Virus record (IMG/VR): IMGVR_UViG_3300020469_003527 | Coordinates: 1-56,290 of that record | Origin: a virus | Taxonomy: Duplodnaviria; Caudoviricetes | Reading direction: 5' to 3' (one strand) | Length of the DNA stretch: 56,290 nt | Part shown: piece by piece, positions 38,017 to 47,973 of the stretch | How the letters are laid out: each line of letters opens with the position of its first letter | Numbering within the stretch: the stretch's first letter is position 1 | The notes under the pieces: model-generated | Databases searched by the model: none | Told to the model about the DNA's origin: nothing | Seen by the model: only the letters and a program-made list of their open reading frames with translations | Program-made: the position numbers and the translations under genes

Positions 38017-39046
38017 CTTCTTCTCCTACAGTTTCATGCCCATACAAAAATTCTTGTTTACAAACATCATCTATTTTTTGTAAAATATCTTCAGTAAAAT
38101 ATTTTTCAGGTGATTGATTTATTGCTTTTCCAAATACTTTTGTTCCATCAGGCAACTCATATCGTGTAGAAACTTTTTTTATTATATTATATTTTTCAGC
38201 TATATCTAACAAACCATAATATCTATCTAATCCTTTATCGTAAGTTAATTTAGTTTCTACTATTTTGTTTTCTTTTGTAATTCTACTTTTGTGTAGTTTT
38301 GCTTTTACAATATTTCCTATAATTTCAGTTCCATCTTTTTCTTTTTTCTTAGTTAAATATACAATCGTACTAGCTGTATATTTGAGACCGCTACCTCCTG
38401 ACATTTCTTTCATTGGAATGTAAGAACCTACAACATCGTACACATGATTAGTGACCATCAATGGAACATTAATTTTAGCTAACTTTAAATTTAGAACTCT
38501 AAACGTAGCTTTAAGAGTTTGAGATTTAGTCATGTCTCTTGTTTCTTTTCCCTCAGACGTATCTTCCATTTCTTTCGTAGAAGATAACTGACCTAAAGAA
38601 TCTAAAATCATAATCATAGGTTTTCTTTTATCTTCAGGTTGCTCAGAATATTTTTGAATAATCTGAAGTGCTGTATGTCTAAATTTTTGAATTGTATCTG
38701 GCTCTGATATAACGACTCTGCTTGTATCAATTCCTCTTTGAGTCATCATTTTATTAGTTACAGCGGCCTCAGTATCAAAGTAAACTACACCGCCTTCAGG
38801 ATTGTCTTCTAAAAATCTTTTCGCTACTCCTAAAACAAAAAATGTTTTTCCTGTGGCAGATTCGCCTGCAAAAGTAGTAACTTTGTTATTAGGAACACCT
38901 CCATGAATAGTTCCTGACAACAAGGCATTAAGTGCATAGGAACCAGTATCAATATAACCACTAAATTCTGAAGATGCATTTTGTAAACTAGCAATTGTTG
39001 TATCTTCATCTTTTAACTGCTCAACTAAATTCGTAAAAAAATTCAT
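38000..39046 (-). CDS. uvsX: UvsX RecA-like recombinase
   Basis: [32 protein letters not shown]. Confidence 0.95.
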   Translation of the reverse strand: MNFFTNLVEQLKDEDTTIASLQNASSEFSGYIDTGSYALNALLSGTIHGGVPNNKVTTFAGESATGKTFFVLGVAKRFLEDNPEGGVVYFDTEAAVTNKMMTQRGIDTSRVVISEPDTIQKFRHTALQIIQKYSEQPEDKRKPMIMILDSLGQLSSTKEMEDTSEGKETRDMTKSQTLKATFRVLNLKLAKINVPLMVTNHVYDVVGSYIPMKEMSGGSGLKYTASTIVYLTKKKEKDGTEIIGNIVKAKLHKSRITKENKIVETKLTYDKGLDRYYGLLDIAEKYNIIKKVSTRYELPDGTKVFGKAINQSPEKYFTEDILQKIDDVCKQEFLYGHETVGEEDEAVI

Positions 39047-39055
39047 AACTATCCT

Positions 39056-39871
39056 TTAAGAAATTTTATCTCGTAACTCTTTCAATTCATTTTTATCAAC
39101 AGGTACAGGCCACGGTGTAGATGCACCTATTTTTTTCTTTGTAATTTTTTTCCTTGTCGGTTTTTTTAAAACAACTTTTTTTGTTACTGGTATTTCTCCT
39201 TTTAATTGCTTAAATGAATAATTTGAAGCAACAACTAATAATACTGCTAATGGATCAAATACAAATACTAATAACATTATAACAAATCTAACAGCAGAAT
39301 CAAAGTGCGATTCCACATTATCTCCATAAATTAACTCCGCTATATATTTAAGAGGTCCTACTTCTGCCATCTGTTTATTTTCTTCTCTCATCAAAGGCAA
39401 CTGTTCAAGTTTAATTTTTTGCAAATCATCTTGAGTTTCTAAGATGGCTCTATTTGTTGCTCTAGCTATTTTTTCAGGGTCATCACCTGCTTTTTTATAA
39501 AGATATTGTAATCTTTCATTTAACATTGACTCACGCTCTTTCAGTATTTTCAATTGTACTGAAGTTTCTCCCACATTTATGTTTGCCTCTAAATGTGCTT
39601 TTGAAAGAAATCCAAATATTCCTACTGAAGTTATGAATACTAAAATAACTACTGCTATTGTAAAATAGTATTTCATAACCTTAGGTGCATTATCCCAATT
39701 CTTATATAACCAACTAGCTGTTATAAGTTTAGCTACCTCTAAAGATGCTCCCATAATAGCTATAGGGGCAGGACTAGCGGCGAATATAGCTATAAGTCCT
39801 ATGATGGAATAGTAAGCCGCAATCGCTGAGACTGATAATGCACTAAGCAACATCAATATAACAAAAAACAT
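39056..39871 (-). CDS. Membrane protein with coiled coil
   Basis: 3 N-terminal TM, GIFGFLSKAH, EVGPLKYIA, VFDPLAV TM. Confidence 0.7.
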   Translation of the reverse strand: MFFVILMLLSALSVSAIAAYYSIIGLIAIFAASPAPIAIMGASLEVAKLITASWLYKNWDNAPKVMKYYFTIAVVILVFITSVGIFGFLSKAHLEANINVGETSVQLKILKERESMLNERLQYLYKKAGDDPEKIARATNRAILETQDDLQKIKLEQLPLMREENKQMAEVGPLKYIAELIYGDNVESHFDSAVRFVIMLLVFVFDPLAVLLVVASNYSFKQLKGEIPVTKKVVLKKPTRKKITKKKIGASTPWPVPVDKNELKELRDKIS

Positions 39872-39874
39872 AAT

Positions 39875-40282
39875 TTAATCTCTAGTCAATTCTAAAACTT
39901 TATCCACTTGGTCTTGTAACTTTTCAATTCTGTTAGGCCAGTAAATATATTCTTTCTCAGGATTCTTCATTAGATTTACTAATAAAGGCATTATTAACTG
40001 TTCTATTTTAACTAGTTTAGATGCAACTTCCTCTTCCATTTGTTTTCTTTCAGCATCTAATCCTAATTTATTTTTATTATAAAGATTGACAATACTGTCT
40101 ATTTTATTTTCTAACTTTGATATATTTTCATTAGATGTAGAAATTGAGTTTGCAATAACTTCAGTTTCCAATGTGTCAGGATTTACTGTAGTCTGAAGTG
40201 ATGATTCATCTACAGCACTAAATCCATAGTCATCTTCTTTTCTAAATTTTAAATATTCTTCTGGTATGTTTCTTATGCTCAT
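39875..40282 (-). CDS. Conserved hypothetical protein
   Basis: DYGFSAVDE, PLL.NL.KNPEKEYIYWPNR; start moved to 40282 (ATGA overlap with gene 43). Confidence 0.65.
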   Translation of the reverse strand: MSIRNIPEEYLKFRKEDDYGFSAVDESSLQTTVNPDTLETEVIANSISTSNENISKLENKIDSIVNLYNKNKLGLDAERKQMEEEVASKLVKIEQLIMPLLVNLMKNPEKEYIYWPNRIEKLQDQVDKVLELTRD

Positions 40283-42759
40283 GAGAAAAACCCCTCTAGT
40301 GTATTTACTTTTTCTGTTGTCCAATCGATCTTATCTACAATAATATTCAAAGGCTCTAAAAATGCCTTTTCAAATTGTAGCTGATAATCAATATATTTTT
40401 CAAGTTTAAATTCTTTAGGTAATATGTTATTTATAGCTAAAACATTCTCTTGAATAGGGTTAGGAAGTTTTAAGTAACAAAATTTAACTTTACTTCCATT
40501 TCTTATAATTTCATATTTTTTCTCTAATTTATTTTTTCCGATTAGTGAATTAAATAACAACGCACCTCTTACATGAATAGGAGTGCCTTTTCCATAAACA
40601 TGAGTCTTATCTTTAAATTTCTCAATATCTGAAACACTTCTAGGAAAAGCAATGTCTTCAAAAGACAATTTATTAAATTCATTTTTAGCAGTTTTAATAA
40701 AAGAATGAAACTCATCTTGTTCACCTCTCATAACAACTTTTAGTGCCTCTTTAATTTTTTCTCTACATGCATAAGGAGTTGATGATTTAACAGCTTCTAT
40801 TCCTGACATCTTTAATTTAGCAGAACCATATCGTACACCTTCACTATCCCAAACATTTAAGATGTATCTTTTCTTAGCTGTCCATATTCCTTTGTCAGCT
40901 ATAACTTCTCTTTTCATAATCATCTTTTGCGAAAAAGCATTTTGTCTTTTCGCTAATTTTTCATAAGAGTTATCAATGAATGGTTCTATTTTTTCGGAAC
41001 ATGCTTTATCTAAAAAATCTACAATTTTATTTTTATCAGTTTCATTCTTAAAAACTTTTGAAACTAATGGTCCAAAGTTTATATAAACGGAATCAGTATC
41101 AGAGGCTATAACATAATCGTTATCCTTTGTCTCTAATAAATTATTTAAATATTTGTTTAAATCATTAGCAATCCATCTAATACTTAACTGACCTGACAAC
41201 GTAATTGCCTCAGCTTGTCTAACATCAAAAAATCTAAAATACTCATTACCTAAGGCACCATAAGCTGAATTTAGTTGAATCTTTTTTGCCATTTGAATAT
41301 TCTTGTATCTAGAGATATCATTAACTAAACTTTTATCTTTAGTTTTTTCATATTCTTTTTCAGCTAAAATCATTTTCTTTTTGTATTCCGACCTTTCTGT
41401 ATACATGCTTTCCATCATTTCAGGTAAGAAACCTTTTTTAGTTTTAGAGAAACAAGTTCCATTTGCCGCCACAGAATACTCAGTTTTTGTTATTTGATTT
41501 GAGGAGTTAAGATAGTGTTCAATATTTGTAGGCATACTAGACTCGCTCATAATTGTTTCAGGCGAAATATTATATTGCATAATCAAGTGAGGGTATAAAC
41601 TATTCAAGTCAAATGAAGCAATCCAGTCGTGCATTCCTACAATTGGGTCTTTCACATATGCACCTGCATATTGTACATCTTTTCTTGTAACTCTTTTTTG
41701 AGGAACTACAATATTTTTATCTATCAAATAATTATGAATTAAACAATCCCACATTCTAACTTGAGTAAATACATCTGTATAATTTGTTTTAGCATCATAA
41801 GCCAAAGCAAGTGCAAGTTCTATCAATTTCATTTTATTTTCTAAAGCATCAACTAACTCAACATCTTTTATATTATAATCAATAAATTTTTGATAGTCAT
41901 TTTTATACAAAGTATGTAAAGATTCATACTCAGAGTAATCTAATTTTTTTTCTCCCAACTCAACAAATGCAATATGGTCTAACTTATAACTTTCTTGTTG
42001 AGCATATGTAAACTTTTTGTAAAGTTCATAATAATCTAAAGTTGTTACGCCATAAATGTTGTATGATTTTTGCTCACTACCTCTAATGAATATATTATCT
42101 GCCTCGACTATTTTCCATGGTGACAAATTTTTAGATTCGGATTCTCCTAGAATTTTACACATACGATTATACAAGTAAGGAATATCAAAAAATCTTACAT
42201 TCCAACCTGTAACAACATCTGGATTATATTTACTCCACAACTGTAAAAACTTTTTTAATAGATCAGATTCCGAATCACATTTATAGTATTCTACATTTTC
42301 CTTACTGTTAGAATATTCATCGCAACCAAACACATGAAAAGTGTTTTCTAATTTAATTGTAATTGATATAACTTCTTCCGATGCTAAAGCAACGTGAGGA
42401 AATCCATTTTCAGATGCAACTTCAATATCTATATTAGCAACTCTAATTTGAGATACGTCATAGTTAATTTTTCCTGAGTATGTTTCATTGATGTAAACAT
42501 AAGGAAAATTAGTAGAACCATAAACTTGATAGTTCTCTATCTCGTTATAATTCTTAACAACTCCTAATGCACTTTTGATATTTGCTTGAGGAACAGGCTT
42601 TACATATTCGCCGTGTAAAGTTTTAAATTTAGTTTTTTCTTTTGTGGGAAAATATAATATAGGATTGTATTCAACTTTGTCGCTGAATTGTTTTCCATTG
42701 CTATATCCTCTAATAAAGATTCGGTTGCCGTATCTTAAAAAATTAGTATAAAATTTCAT
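40279..42759 (-). CDS. 43: Family B DNA polymerase gp43
   Basis: DIEV exonuclease, DLNSLYP, KIQLNSAYG, SDTDS, KKRY; no intein. Confidence 0.98.
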   Translation of the reverse strand: MKFYTNFLRYGNRIFIRGYSNGKQFSDKVEYNPILYFPTKEKTKFKTLHGEYVKPVPQANIKSALGVVKNYNEIENYQVYGSTNFPYVYINETYSGKINYDVSQIRVANIDIEVASENGFPHVALASEEVISITIKLENTFHVFGCDEYSNSKENVEYYKCDSESDLLKKFLQLWSKYNPDVVTGWNVRFFDIPYLYNRMCKILGESESKNLSPWKIVEADNIFIRGSEQKSYNIYGVTTLDYYELYKKFTYAQQESYKLDHIAFVELGEKKLDYSEYESLHTLYKNDYQKFIDYNIKDVELVDALENKMKLIELALALAYDAKTNYTDVFTQVRMWDCLIHNYLIDKNIVVPQKRVTRKDVQYAGAYVKDPIVGMHDWIASFDLNSLYPHLIMQYNISPETIMSESSMPTNIEHYLNSSNQITKTEYSVAANGTCFSKTKKGFLPEMMESMYTERSEYKKKMILAEKEYEKTKDKSLVNDISRYKNIQMAKKIQLNSAYGALGNEYFRFFDVRQAEAITLSGQLSIRWIANDLNKYLNNLLETKDNDYVIASDTDSVYINFGPLVSKVFKNETDKNKIVDFLDKACSEKIEPFIDNSYEKLAKRQNAFSQKMIMKREVIADKGIWTAKKRYILNVWDSEGVRYGSAKLKMSGIEAVKSSTPYACREKIKEALKVVMRGEQDEFHSFIKTAKNEFNKLSFEDIAFPRSVSDIEKFKDKTHVYGKGTPIHVRGALLFNSLIGKNKLEKKYEIIRNGSKVKFCYLKLPNPIQENVLAINNILPKEFKLEKYIDYQLQFEKAFLEPLNIIVDKIDWTTEKVNTLEGFFS

Positions 42760-42836
42760 TAGTAGCTTTGCTTATTTAGATTAGACTCATACAATACATA
42801 TTGTACATGAGTATACAACTCATATCAATACTAATT

Positions 42837-42866
42837 AAAAAAGGGGAACATTTTTGTTCCCCTTTT
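42837..42866 (-). terminator. Rho-independent terminator after hsp20
   Basis: AAAAGGGGAACA / TGTTCCCCTTTT hairpin followed by T-run. Confidence 0.85.
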
Positions 42867-42868
42867 GG

Positions 42869-43354
42869 CTACTTCTTTTCTATTTTCTTAGAACTTGCAA
42901 CATCACTAGTTTCATCTCTTACATCAATCTTTCTAGGTTTCTTATGTTCTGGAATAATTCTTTCCAGAAAAACTTTAAGCAACCCATTTAACATCTCTGC
43001 ATCTTTTACTTCAACTTGTTCATCAAGAGCAAAGGAACGAGTGAAAGTTCTATTTGCTATTCCTTTGAATAAGAAGTTTTCCGAGGAATCTTCAACAGTT
43101 TTTCCTGTAATCTTTAGCCTATTCTCCTCTAGAATAATTTCTAAGTCTTGTTTTGCGAATCCTGCCAAAGCAAGTTCGATAACATACTTATTATCTTCGA
43201 CCTTACGAATATTATAAGGGGGATAGTTTGGAATATTTTTGGTTAAGTCATCATGAAGTTTATGCATATTATCATAAACTGAATCACTACCAATAAAAGA
43301 TTTTGAGAATTTGTCAAAGACATCGCCAAAAGGCTGTAATGCTAGGTTTGTCAT
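42869..43354 (-). CDS. hsp20: Small heat-shock protein (IbpA-like)
   Basis: NYPPYNI, ELALAGF, GIANRTFTRSF, NGLL. Confidence 0.95.
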   Translation of the reverse strand: MTNLALQPFGDVFDKFSKSFIGSDSVYDNMHKLHDDLTKNIPNYPPYNIRKVEDNKYVIELALAGFAKQDLEIILEENRLKITGKTVEDSSENFLFKGIANRTFTRSFALDEQVEVKDAEMLNGLLKVFLERIIPEHKKPRKIDVRDETSDVASSKKIEKK

Positions 43355-43360
43355 AATAGT

Positions 43361-43378
43361 CTCCTTAAATTAAGCGAG
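43361..43378 (-). promoter_or_regulatory. ROSE-like RNA thermometer hairpin
   Basis: CUC-g-CUUA AUU UAAG-GAG; UCGCU pairs with SD around a bulged G. Confidence 0.65.
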
Positions 43379-43384
43379 TTAATA

Positions 43385-43422
43385 AAATAAAAAGCGATAC
43401 CCTTGGTAGGCGTATCGCTTTT
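43385..43422 (-). terminator. Terminator-like hairpin in hsp20 leader
   Basis: AAAAGCGATAC / GTATCGCTTTT 11-bp stem followed by T-rich run. Confidence 0.6.
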
Positions 43423-43429
43423 ATTTATA
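43422..43429 (-). promoter_or_regulatory. T4 late promoter upstream of hsp20
   Basis: Exact TATAAATA on minus strand. Confidence 0.7.
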
Positions 43430-43436
43430 ACAAAAA

Positions 43437-43637
43437 TTAACGTGAAACTATAGAATATGCAGTCGTTCCTACTCTATTTTTCACTTTCTTTACCGTATAG
43501 CCAGCTTGTCTTATTTCACTAATTCTAGCAGGTAAGTTTTTAATCTTAAATCTCTGCATGGCCTGAGACCTTGTCAGAGTACGTTTTTTGCCTCGCAAAT
43601 AACTGAGGACTTTTTGAAACTGGGACTGCTTTTTCAT
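43437..43637 (-). CDS. Small winged-HTH protein
   Basis: LTRSQAMQRF.I.NLPARISEIRQAGY. Confidence 0.7.
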   Translation of the reverse strand: MKKQSQFQKVLSYLRGKKRTLTRSQAMQRFKIKNLPARISEIRQAGYTVKKVKNRVGTTAYSIVSR

Positions 43638-43658
43638 AAAGACTCCTATGATATAAAA

Positions 43659-43871
43659 TTAAGAAAAAATACCACTCAATGGATCAACTACTACACCCTT
43701 CTGGGTTCTTACATCTCTCTCTAAATTAGGAAGAGATTGATTCAAGATTTCTCTCACAACTTGAGAAGGCCTGACATTTTTCTGGTCAGCCACAAAGTCT
43801 AGTGCATCTCTTTGTTTTTTTGTGATTCTCAAATGTAAATCGCAATCATAAACTTTTTTATTATTAGCCAT
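43659..43871 (-). CDS. Ribbon-helix-helix-like protein
   Basis: LHLRIT....DAL..VA....SQVVREIL. Confidence 0.6.
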   Translation of the reverse strand: MANNKKVYDCDLHLRITKKQRDALDFVADQKNVRPSQVVREILNQSLPNLERDVRTQKGVVVDPLSGIFS

Positions 43872-43902
43872 AACTATACTCTACAAAAAAAATATTATAA
43901 AA

Positions 43903-44310
43903 TCAAGACAAGTTTTCTCGTTTTTTCCCTATATTATATTTAGTCACAAGATTCCATTCATGTTTATCTTTGTGCGATATAATTTTTATTTGAGATAAAG
44001 GAGCGACAGGTTCTTCAGTTATATTTTGATTTACAATCTTTACTAAATTCCATTCTGCCAGTAATTTAGTTATTGCATTTCTTCTAGATAAATCATTATC
44101 TGTAAAATCTGTAGACTTTCCATCTAACCCAAACAATTCTTTAAAATGTACTATGTAGTATTTACCTCTCTTATGTAATATATGACAAGACTGATAAAGA
44201 GTCTTATCTTTTCTAGAAGCGACACCTATTCTAGTAAGAGTTTCTCGTACTTTTAAAAAATCATCTTCTTTAACTAATTCAACTTCTAATAAATTTTCTA
44301 CCCCAATCAT
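43903..44310 (-). CDS. regA: Translational repressor RegA
   Basis: DDFLKVRETLTRIG, QSCHILHKRG, VHFKELF, KYNIG. Confidence 0.97.
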   Translation of the reverse strand: MIGVENLLEVELVKEDDFLKVRETLTRIGVASRKDKTLYQSCHILHKRGKYYIVHFKELFGLDGKSTDFTDNDLSRRNAITKLLAEWNLVKIVNQNITEEPVAPLSQIKIISHKDKHEWNLVTKYNIGKKRENLS

Positions 44311-44318
44311 ATTTTTAC

Positions 44319-44684
44319 CTATTGTTGTTCTTTTAGTAGTGAGATTTGTTCAGGACTTAAAACATTCAAGATTTGTTTAGACTTTTTATGACTATAACCA
44401 TAATGTTCTGAAATCCACTCAACATCTTTCTCTTTATCTTTTTTAAACCATTTAGAATATCTTTTTCTAGGTCTAATACTATTTAGCAAATAGAGGTATT
44501 GTGCTTTTTTATCTAACTCAAAAGCCATATTCATATCATTTGCAAATATAATTGTATCTATAAAATAAGATAGACCTTTATTTACTATGAACGAATTGTA
44601 TTCTTTTTCATTGAACTCGTCATTTTTAATCATATCTTTTTTATTATGATTTATTGAGTTTAAGTAATCAAAAACATTTTTCAT
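44319..44684 (-). CDS. 62: Clamp loader small subunit gp62
   Basis: FDYLNSIN, FIVNKGLSYF.D, RPRKRYSKW; synteny. Confidence 0.9.
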   Translation of the reverse strand: MKNVFDYLNSINHNKKDMIKNDEFNEKEYNSFIVNKGLSYFIDTIIFANDMNMAFELDKKAQYLYLLNSIRPRKRYSKWFKKDKEKDVEWISEHYGYSHKKSKQILNVLSPEQISLLKEQQ

Positions 44685-45145
44685 ATATCGTTCACACTCA
44701 ATTCTTCCATTTGTTTTAGAATTAAACTATCTGAAATTTTATGGACTAATTTAACAGCATCTTGTTCTATGGGTAAAACTTTCATTGTTCTTACTCCTGT
44801 ATTCTTGTCATAGAAAACAGTTCTAGTTCTCCATCTTGCATTCTTTGGGTCTACTTGGTAGACATTACCTCCATAGTAATCAGTAAACCTTCCTTTAGTA
44901 TTAGGAACTGCAACAAAAAACAACATATCGACACTTCTACATTTTTTTAATTGATTAGGTCTAATCGTAAATCCGCTCTCTGAAAAGAAAGGCATTTGAG
45001 TTTTGACCTCTATAAATTTTCCATCTACAGTAAAATCTTTTTCATGGTCAAAAGTATTTACAGATTTTTTTACTTTATATCCCTCATCAATCAAATAGTT
45101 TTGAACTACAGCTTCACCTAGTTGACCTAGCATTTGATGTTTCAT
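44681..45145 (-). CDS. Free-standing PD-(D/E)XK endonuclease-like protein
   Basis: GQLGEAVV..YL, DFTVDG..IEVKT; start moved to MKHQM 45145. Confidence 0.65.
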   Translation of the reverse strand: MKHQMLGQLGEAVVQNYLIDEGYKVKKSVNTFDHEKDFTVDGKFIEVKTQMPFFSESGFTIRPNQLKKCRSVDMLFFVAVPNTKGRFTDYYGGNVYQVDPKNARWRTRTVFYDKNTGVRTMKVLPIEQDAVKLVHKISDSLILKQMEELSVNDI

Positions 45146-45149
45146 ATTA

Positions 45150-46094
45150 TTATCCACCAGAGACCTCACAATCTGCCATGACTTCAGTTAAAAACGCTAC
45201 CATATTTACTTCTTGGTCTGCCACAAAAGCAGATTGATATTGATATTTTGCCAAGTGCAAAACAAATTGAGGAACAGAATTAGGCTTTAATTGCTTTATA
45301 AAGTTCTCATATAAATTTTTAAACACTTCGTTTACATCATTATCAAGATTTTCTGAAACCCACTTTCTCATTGAAGAAAAGTTTTTTTCATGCATAGACT
45401 TGACTAAAGGTGCTAAAGAAATATCTTTTACATCTTGTAGTATGTCTTTACCTATATTTCCGTCATAAGAATGTCTCTGACATTCATTTAAAACTCTTCG
45501 CCAATCAGGAAAATATTTCATTATCAACTGTGCTAATACTTTTTCATCGTAAGAAATATTTTCTAAAGATAGTATGTTTTTTAATCTATTCAAAAAACTA
45601 AATGCCAGCTTTGCTTTTTCTTTAGAATTGATTTTGAAATTTATTACTGAACATCTACTATGAAGAGGATTTATAATTCTGTTTAAAAAATTACATGTAA
45701 TTATAAAACCACAATTAGATGAAAACTCTTCCATAAAATTTCTCAAAGCAGGTTGTGTGCTTTGAGCATTTAAATAATCGCCCTCATCTAAGATGACATA
45801 TTTTCTATCACCTGTGAATGACATGGTAGATGCAAAGTTTTGAATATCGTTACGCAAGGTATCAATGTTTCCATTTAACGACCCGTTAATTACGATATAG
45901 TTTGCGTTCAACTCCTCTAAAACGGCTCTAGCTATAGTTGTTTTTCCAACACCAGAGCCACCTGACAAAATTAAATTAGGAATTTCTTTTTGCTCTACAA
46001 ACTTAGAAAAAGTTTTTTTTAAATTTTCAGGTAATATAACTTCGTCAATTTTTTTAGGACGATATTTTTCCACCCATAAAATGTCTTGTAACAT
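45150..46094 (-). CDS. 44: Clamp loader large subunit gp44
   Basis: WVEKYRP, GSGVGKT, ILDE, SRC, FPDWRR. Confidence 0.97.
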   Translation of the reverse strand: MLQDILWVEKYRPKKIDEVILPENLKKTFSKFVEQKEIPNLILSGGSGVGKTTIARAVLEELNANYIVINGSLNGNIDTLRNDIQNFASTMSFTGDRKYVILDEGDYLNAQSTQPALRNFMEEFSSNCGFIITCNFLNRIINPLHSRCSVINFKINSKEKAKLAFSFLNRLKNILSLENISYDEKVLAQLIMKYFPDWRRVLNECQRHSYDGNIGKDILQDVKDISLAPLVKSMHEKNFSSMRKWVSENLDNDVNEVFKNLYENFIKQLKPNSVPQFVLHLAKYQYQSAFVADQEVNMVAFLTEVMADCEVSGG

Positions 46095-46111
46095 AAAAAC
46101 TCCATAATATA

Positions 46112-46789
46112 TTATTCACTAAATTCAGAACCTGCTTCATTGGCTAGCCAATATTCAATTCTTCCATTCACATTTTTAAAATGAGAAAAACCTTTTGTTG
46201 TGATAGAAACATCATAATCTCCAGCAATCAGTTTTAAATTTTCAGTAGCAAAATAGAAAACAAATTCAGCAGTAGTACTTCCTACTTCTATTTTAAACTC
46301 ATCGCTGTTAGAATCTTTTTGGTCTAGAGTAGCTAAGTATATACTTTCTCTATTCCCAATAACAGCTATGTTTGGAAGTCCTAAAACAGAAGATGACCTT
46401 ACAACTTGATTTAAGTCATTTTGTTTTAATTTAAACTCAACCTCAGGAGCAACTAAATCAATATCTTTTTCTGGTGGAGCAATAATCATACTCACATCAG
46501 ATAGTCTAATTTTGCTATTAGTCGAACTAGACTTTACGTTTAAAGTTTTCTCAGTTGAGTTAACTTCTATCTCAGGGTCTTTTAGCATTCCAACAAGACC
46601 TAGAAATTTATTCAAATCATACAAAACAATTTCATTATCAAAAGTCTCATTGATTGTAGCTTTGGCTAAAACATTTTTCATTTTAGAAATAGTTCTAACT
46701 GTAGACCCTGGTTTTATTTGTATGCCTTCATTTATCATGGCACAATTTTTTAAAATAGAAATCGTATCTTCACTTAATTTCATTATCAC
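46112..46789 (-). CDS. 45: Sliding clamp gp45
   Basis: MKLSEDTISILKN, YDLNKFL, ENLKL..GDY; synteny. Confidence 0.93.
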   Translation of the reverse strand: MIMKLSEDTISILKNCAMINEGIQIKPGSTVRTISKMKNVLAKATINETFDNEIVLYDLNKFLGLVGMLKDPEIEVNSTEKTLNVKSSSTNSKIRLSDVSMIIAPPEKDIDLVAPEVEFKLKQNDLNQVVRSSSVLGLPNIAVIGNRESIYLATLDQKDSNSDEFKIEVGSTTAEFVFYFATENLKLIAGDYDVSITTKGFSHFKNVNGRIEYWLANEAGSEFSE

Positions 46790-47057
46790 TTCCTTTCTCT
46801 AGATTATGAACGTGTAACATTATTATCGCATAATGAATTACTTTTAGTAAGTCATTTTTATCTTTACCACTCTTTTTTCCATATCGTTGAGCGTATTTCA
46901 TAATATTTCCGATACAGAAACCTTCACCATGACCGCCGTCAATTATAAATTCAGTAGCTTGAAAATTATTTTTTGAGTAATGTTGACTATATGTTTTATC
47001 AATATATTTCTCTATTTCTTTTAGAGAAATACTTTCATTATATTTGTAGTCTATCAT
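46770..47057 (-). CDS. DUF3310 / T7 gp1.7-like nucleotide kinase domain protein
   Basis: TYSQHY, GFCIGNIMKYAQRYGKK, DLLK..HY. Confidence 0.75.
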   Translation of the reverse strand: MIDYKYNESISLKEIEKYIDKTYSQHYSKNNFQATEFIIDGGHGEGFCIGNIMKYAQRYGKKSGKDKNDLLKVIHYAIIMLHVHNLEKGSDNEIK

Positions 47058-47893
47058 TTTTTAGGCACACTAGTATCTGCTGTAGGTGATGCTCCAATAG
47101 TTGCTAATGCTTGTAACGAACCTCCAAATATATAAGTACCTGCATGTTTTAAATTTAGCCACGGTAACATAAACACTTTAACTCCAGCTTCCCTTGCCCA
47201 TTGACAAAACATATAGTCTTCAGATAAATATCTTTTAGTCTTTGGGTCGATAACACAATCAAAGTATGCCATTATTTCTCTACTACCATCAAATGCTTTT
47301 GTTCTAACATGGTCAGGTTTATAAGATTGTTGAGGATATTTTTTAGCAAATTTATCAAATGCTGTCCTAGTCACTAACATAAATCCTGTTCCACCTTCTT
47401 TAACTTCGACAGGCTCATCAATTCTAAATGATGTAATTCCGTCAGCAGGATTAAATACATAATCTCCTACAAAGTTTTCTAAAGTATTCGGGTCTTTATC
47501 AGCATAACCTTTATCTACTGCTAGTTTTATTTTTTCCCATGAGATTGCTTTTTTAGGATAAGGTCCACAAACAATTTCCATTTCAGGTTCAGTTGCGGCA
47601 TAGTGAGATAATAAAAGTACGTCTTGAGCCTCAAAATGTATATCACTATCAATAAAAATTAGATGGTCATATCCACTTCTTATAAATTCATCAGCTAAAT
47701 AATTTCTGGCTCTAGTAATAAGTGATTCATTAAATATAAAAAACAACTTACATTCAATTTGATACTTTGTACATAAAACCATGAAGTCACTCAAAGATTT
47801 AGTGTAAACACCTGAACACATACCACCATACATTGGAGTTGCTAAAAACAATTTTTTATTTCTTAACAACTCGATATTCATTTCAATTTGCAT
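47054..47893 (-). CDS. GT-A-fold glycosyltransferase-like protein
   Basis: ATPMYGG, ESLITRARN, FIDSD (DxD), GTGFML, LSEDYMFC. Confidence 0.75.
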   Translation of the reverse strand: MQIEMNIELLRNKKLFLATPMYGGMCSGVYTKSLSDFMVLCTKYQIECKLFFIFNESLITRARNYLADEFIRSGYDHLIFIDSDIHFEAQDVLLLSHYAATEPEMEIVCGPYPKKAISWEKIKLAVDKGYADKDPNTLENFVGDYVFNPADGITSFRIDEPVEVKEGGTGFMLVTRTAFDKFAKKYPQQSYKPDHVRTKAFDGSREIMAYFDCVIDPKTKRYLSEDYMFCQWAREAGVKVFMLPWLNLKHAGTYIFGGSLQALATIGASPTADTSVPKK

Positions 47894-47933
47894 TATAACT
47901 CCATTTTAAATATGACACACTTTCTATATATAA

Positions 47934-47963
47934 GAAAAGACCCCAACTAGTGAGGTCTTTTTT
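47934..47963. terminator. Hairpin terminator downstream of cobS-like gene
   Basis: AAAAGACC / GGTCTTTT inverted repeat. Confidence 0.6.
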
Positions 47964-47973
47964 AAAAAGTTTA

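Noticed and set aside
19497-42759. Introns or inteins in nrdB, nrdA, thyX, 61, 41, uvsX, 43
   Set aside because: All are uninterrupted and of normal length; the only NrdA insert is a glutaredoxin
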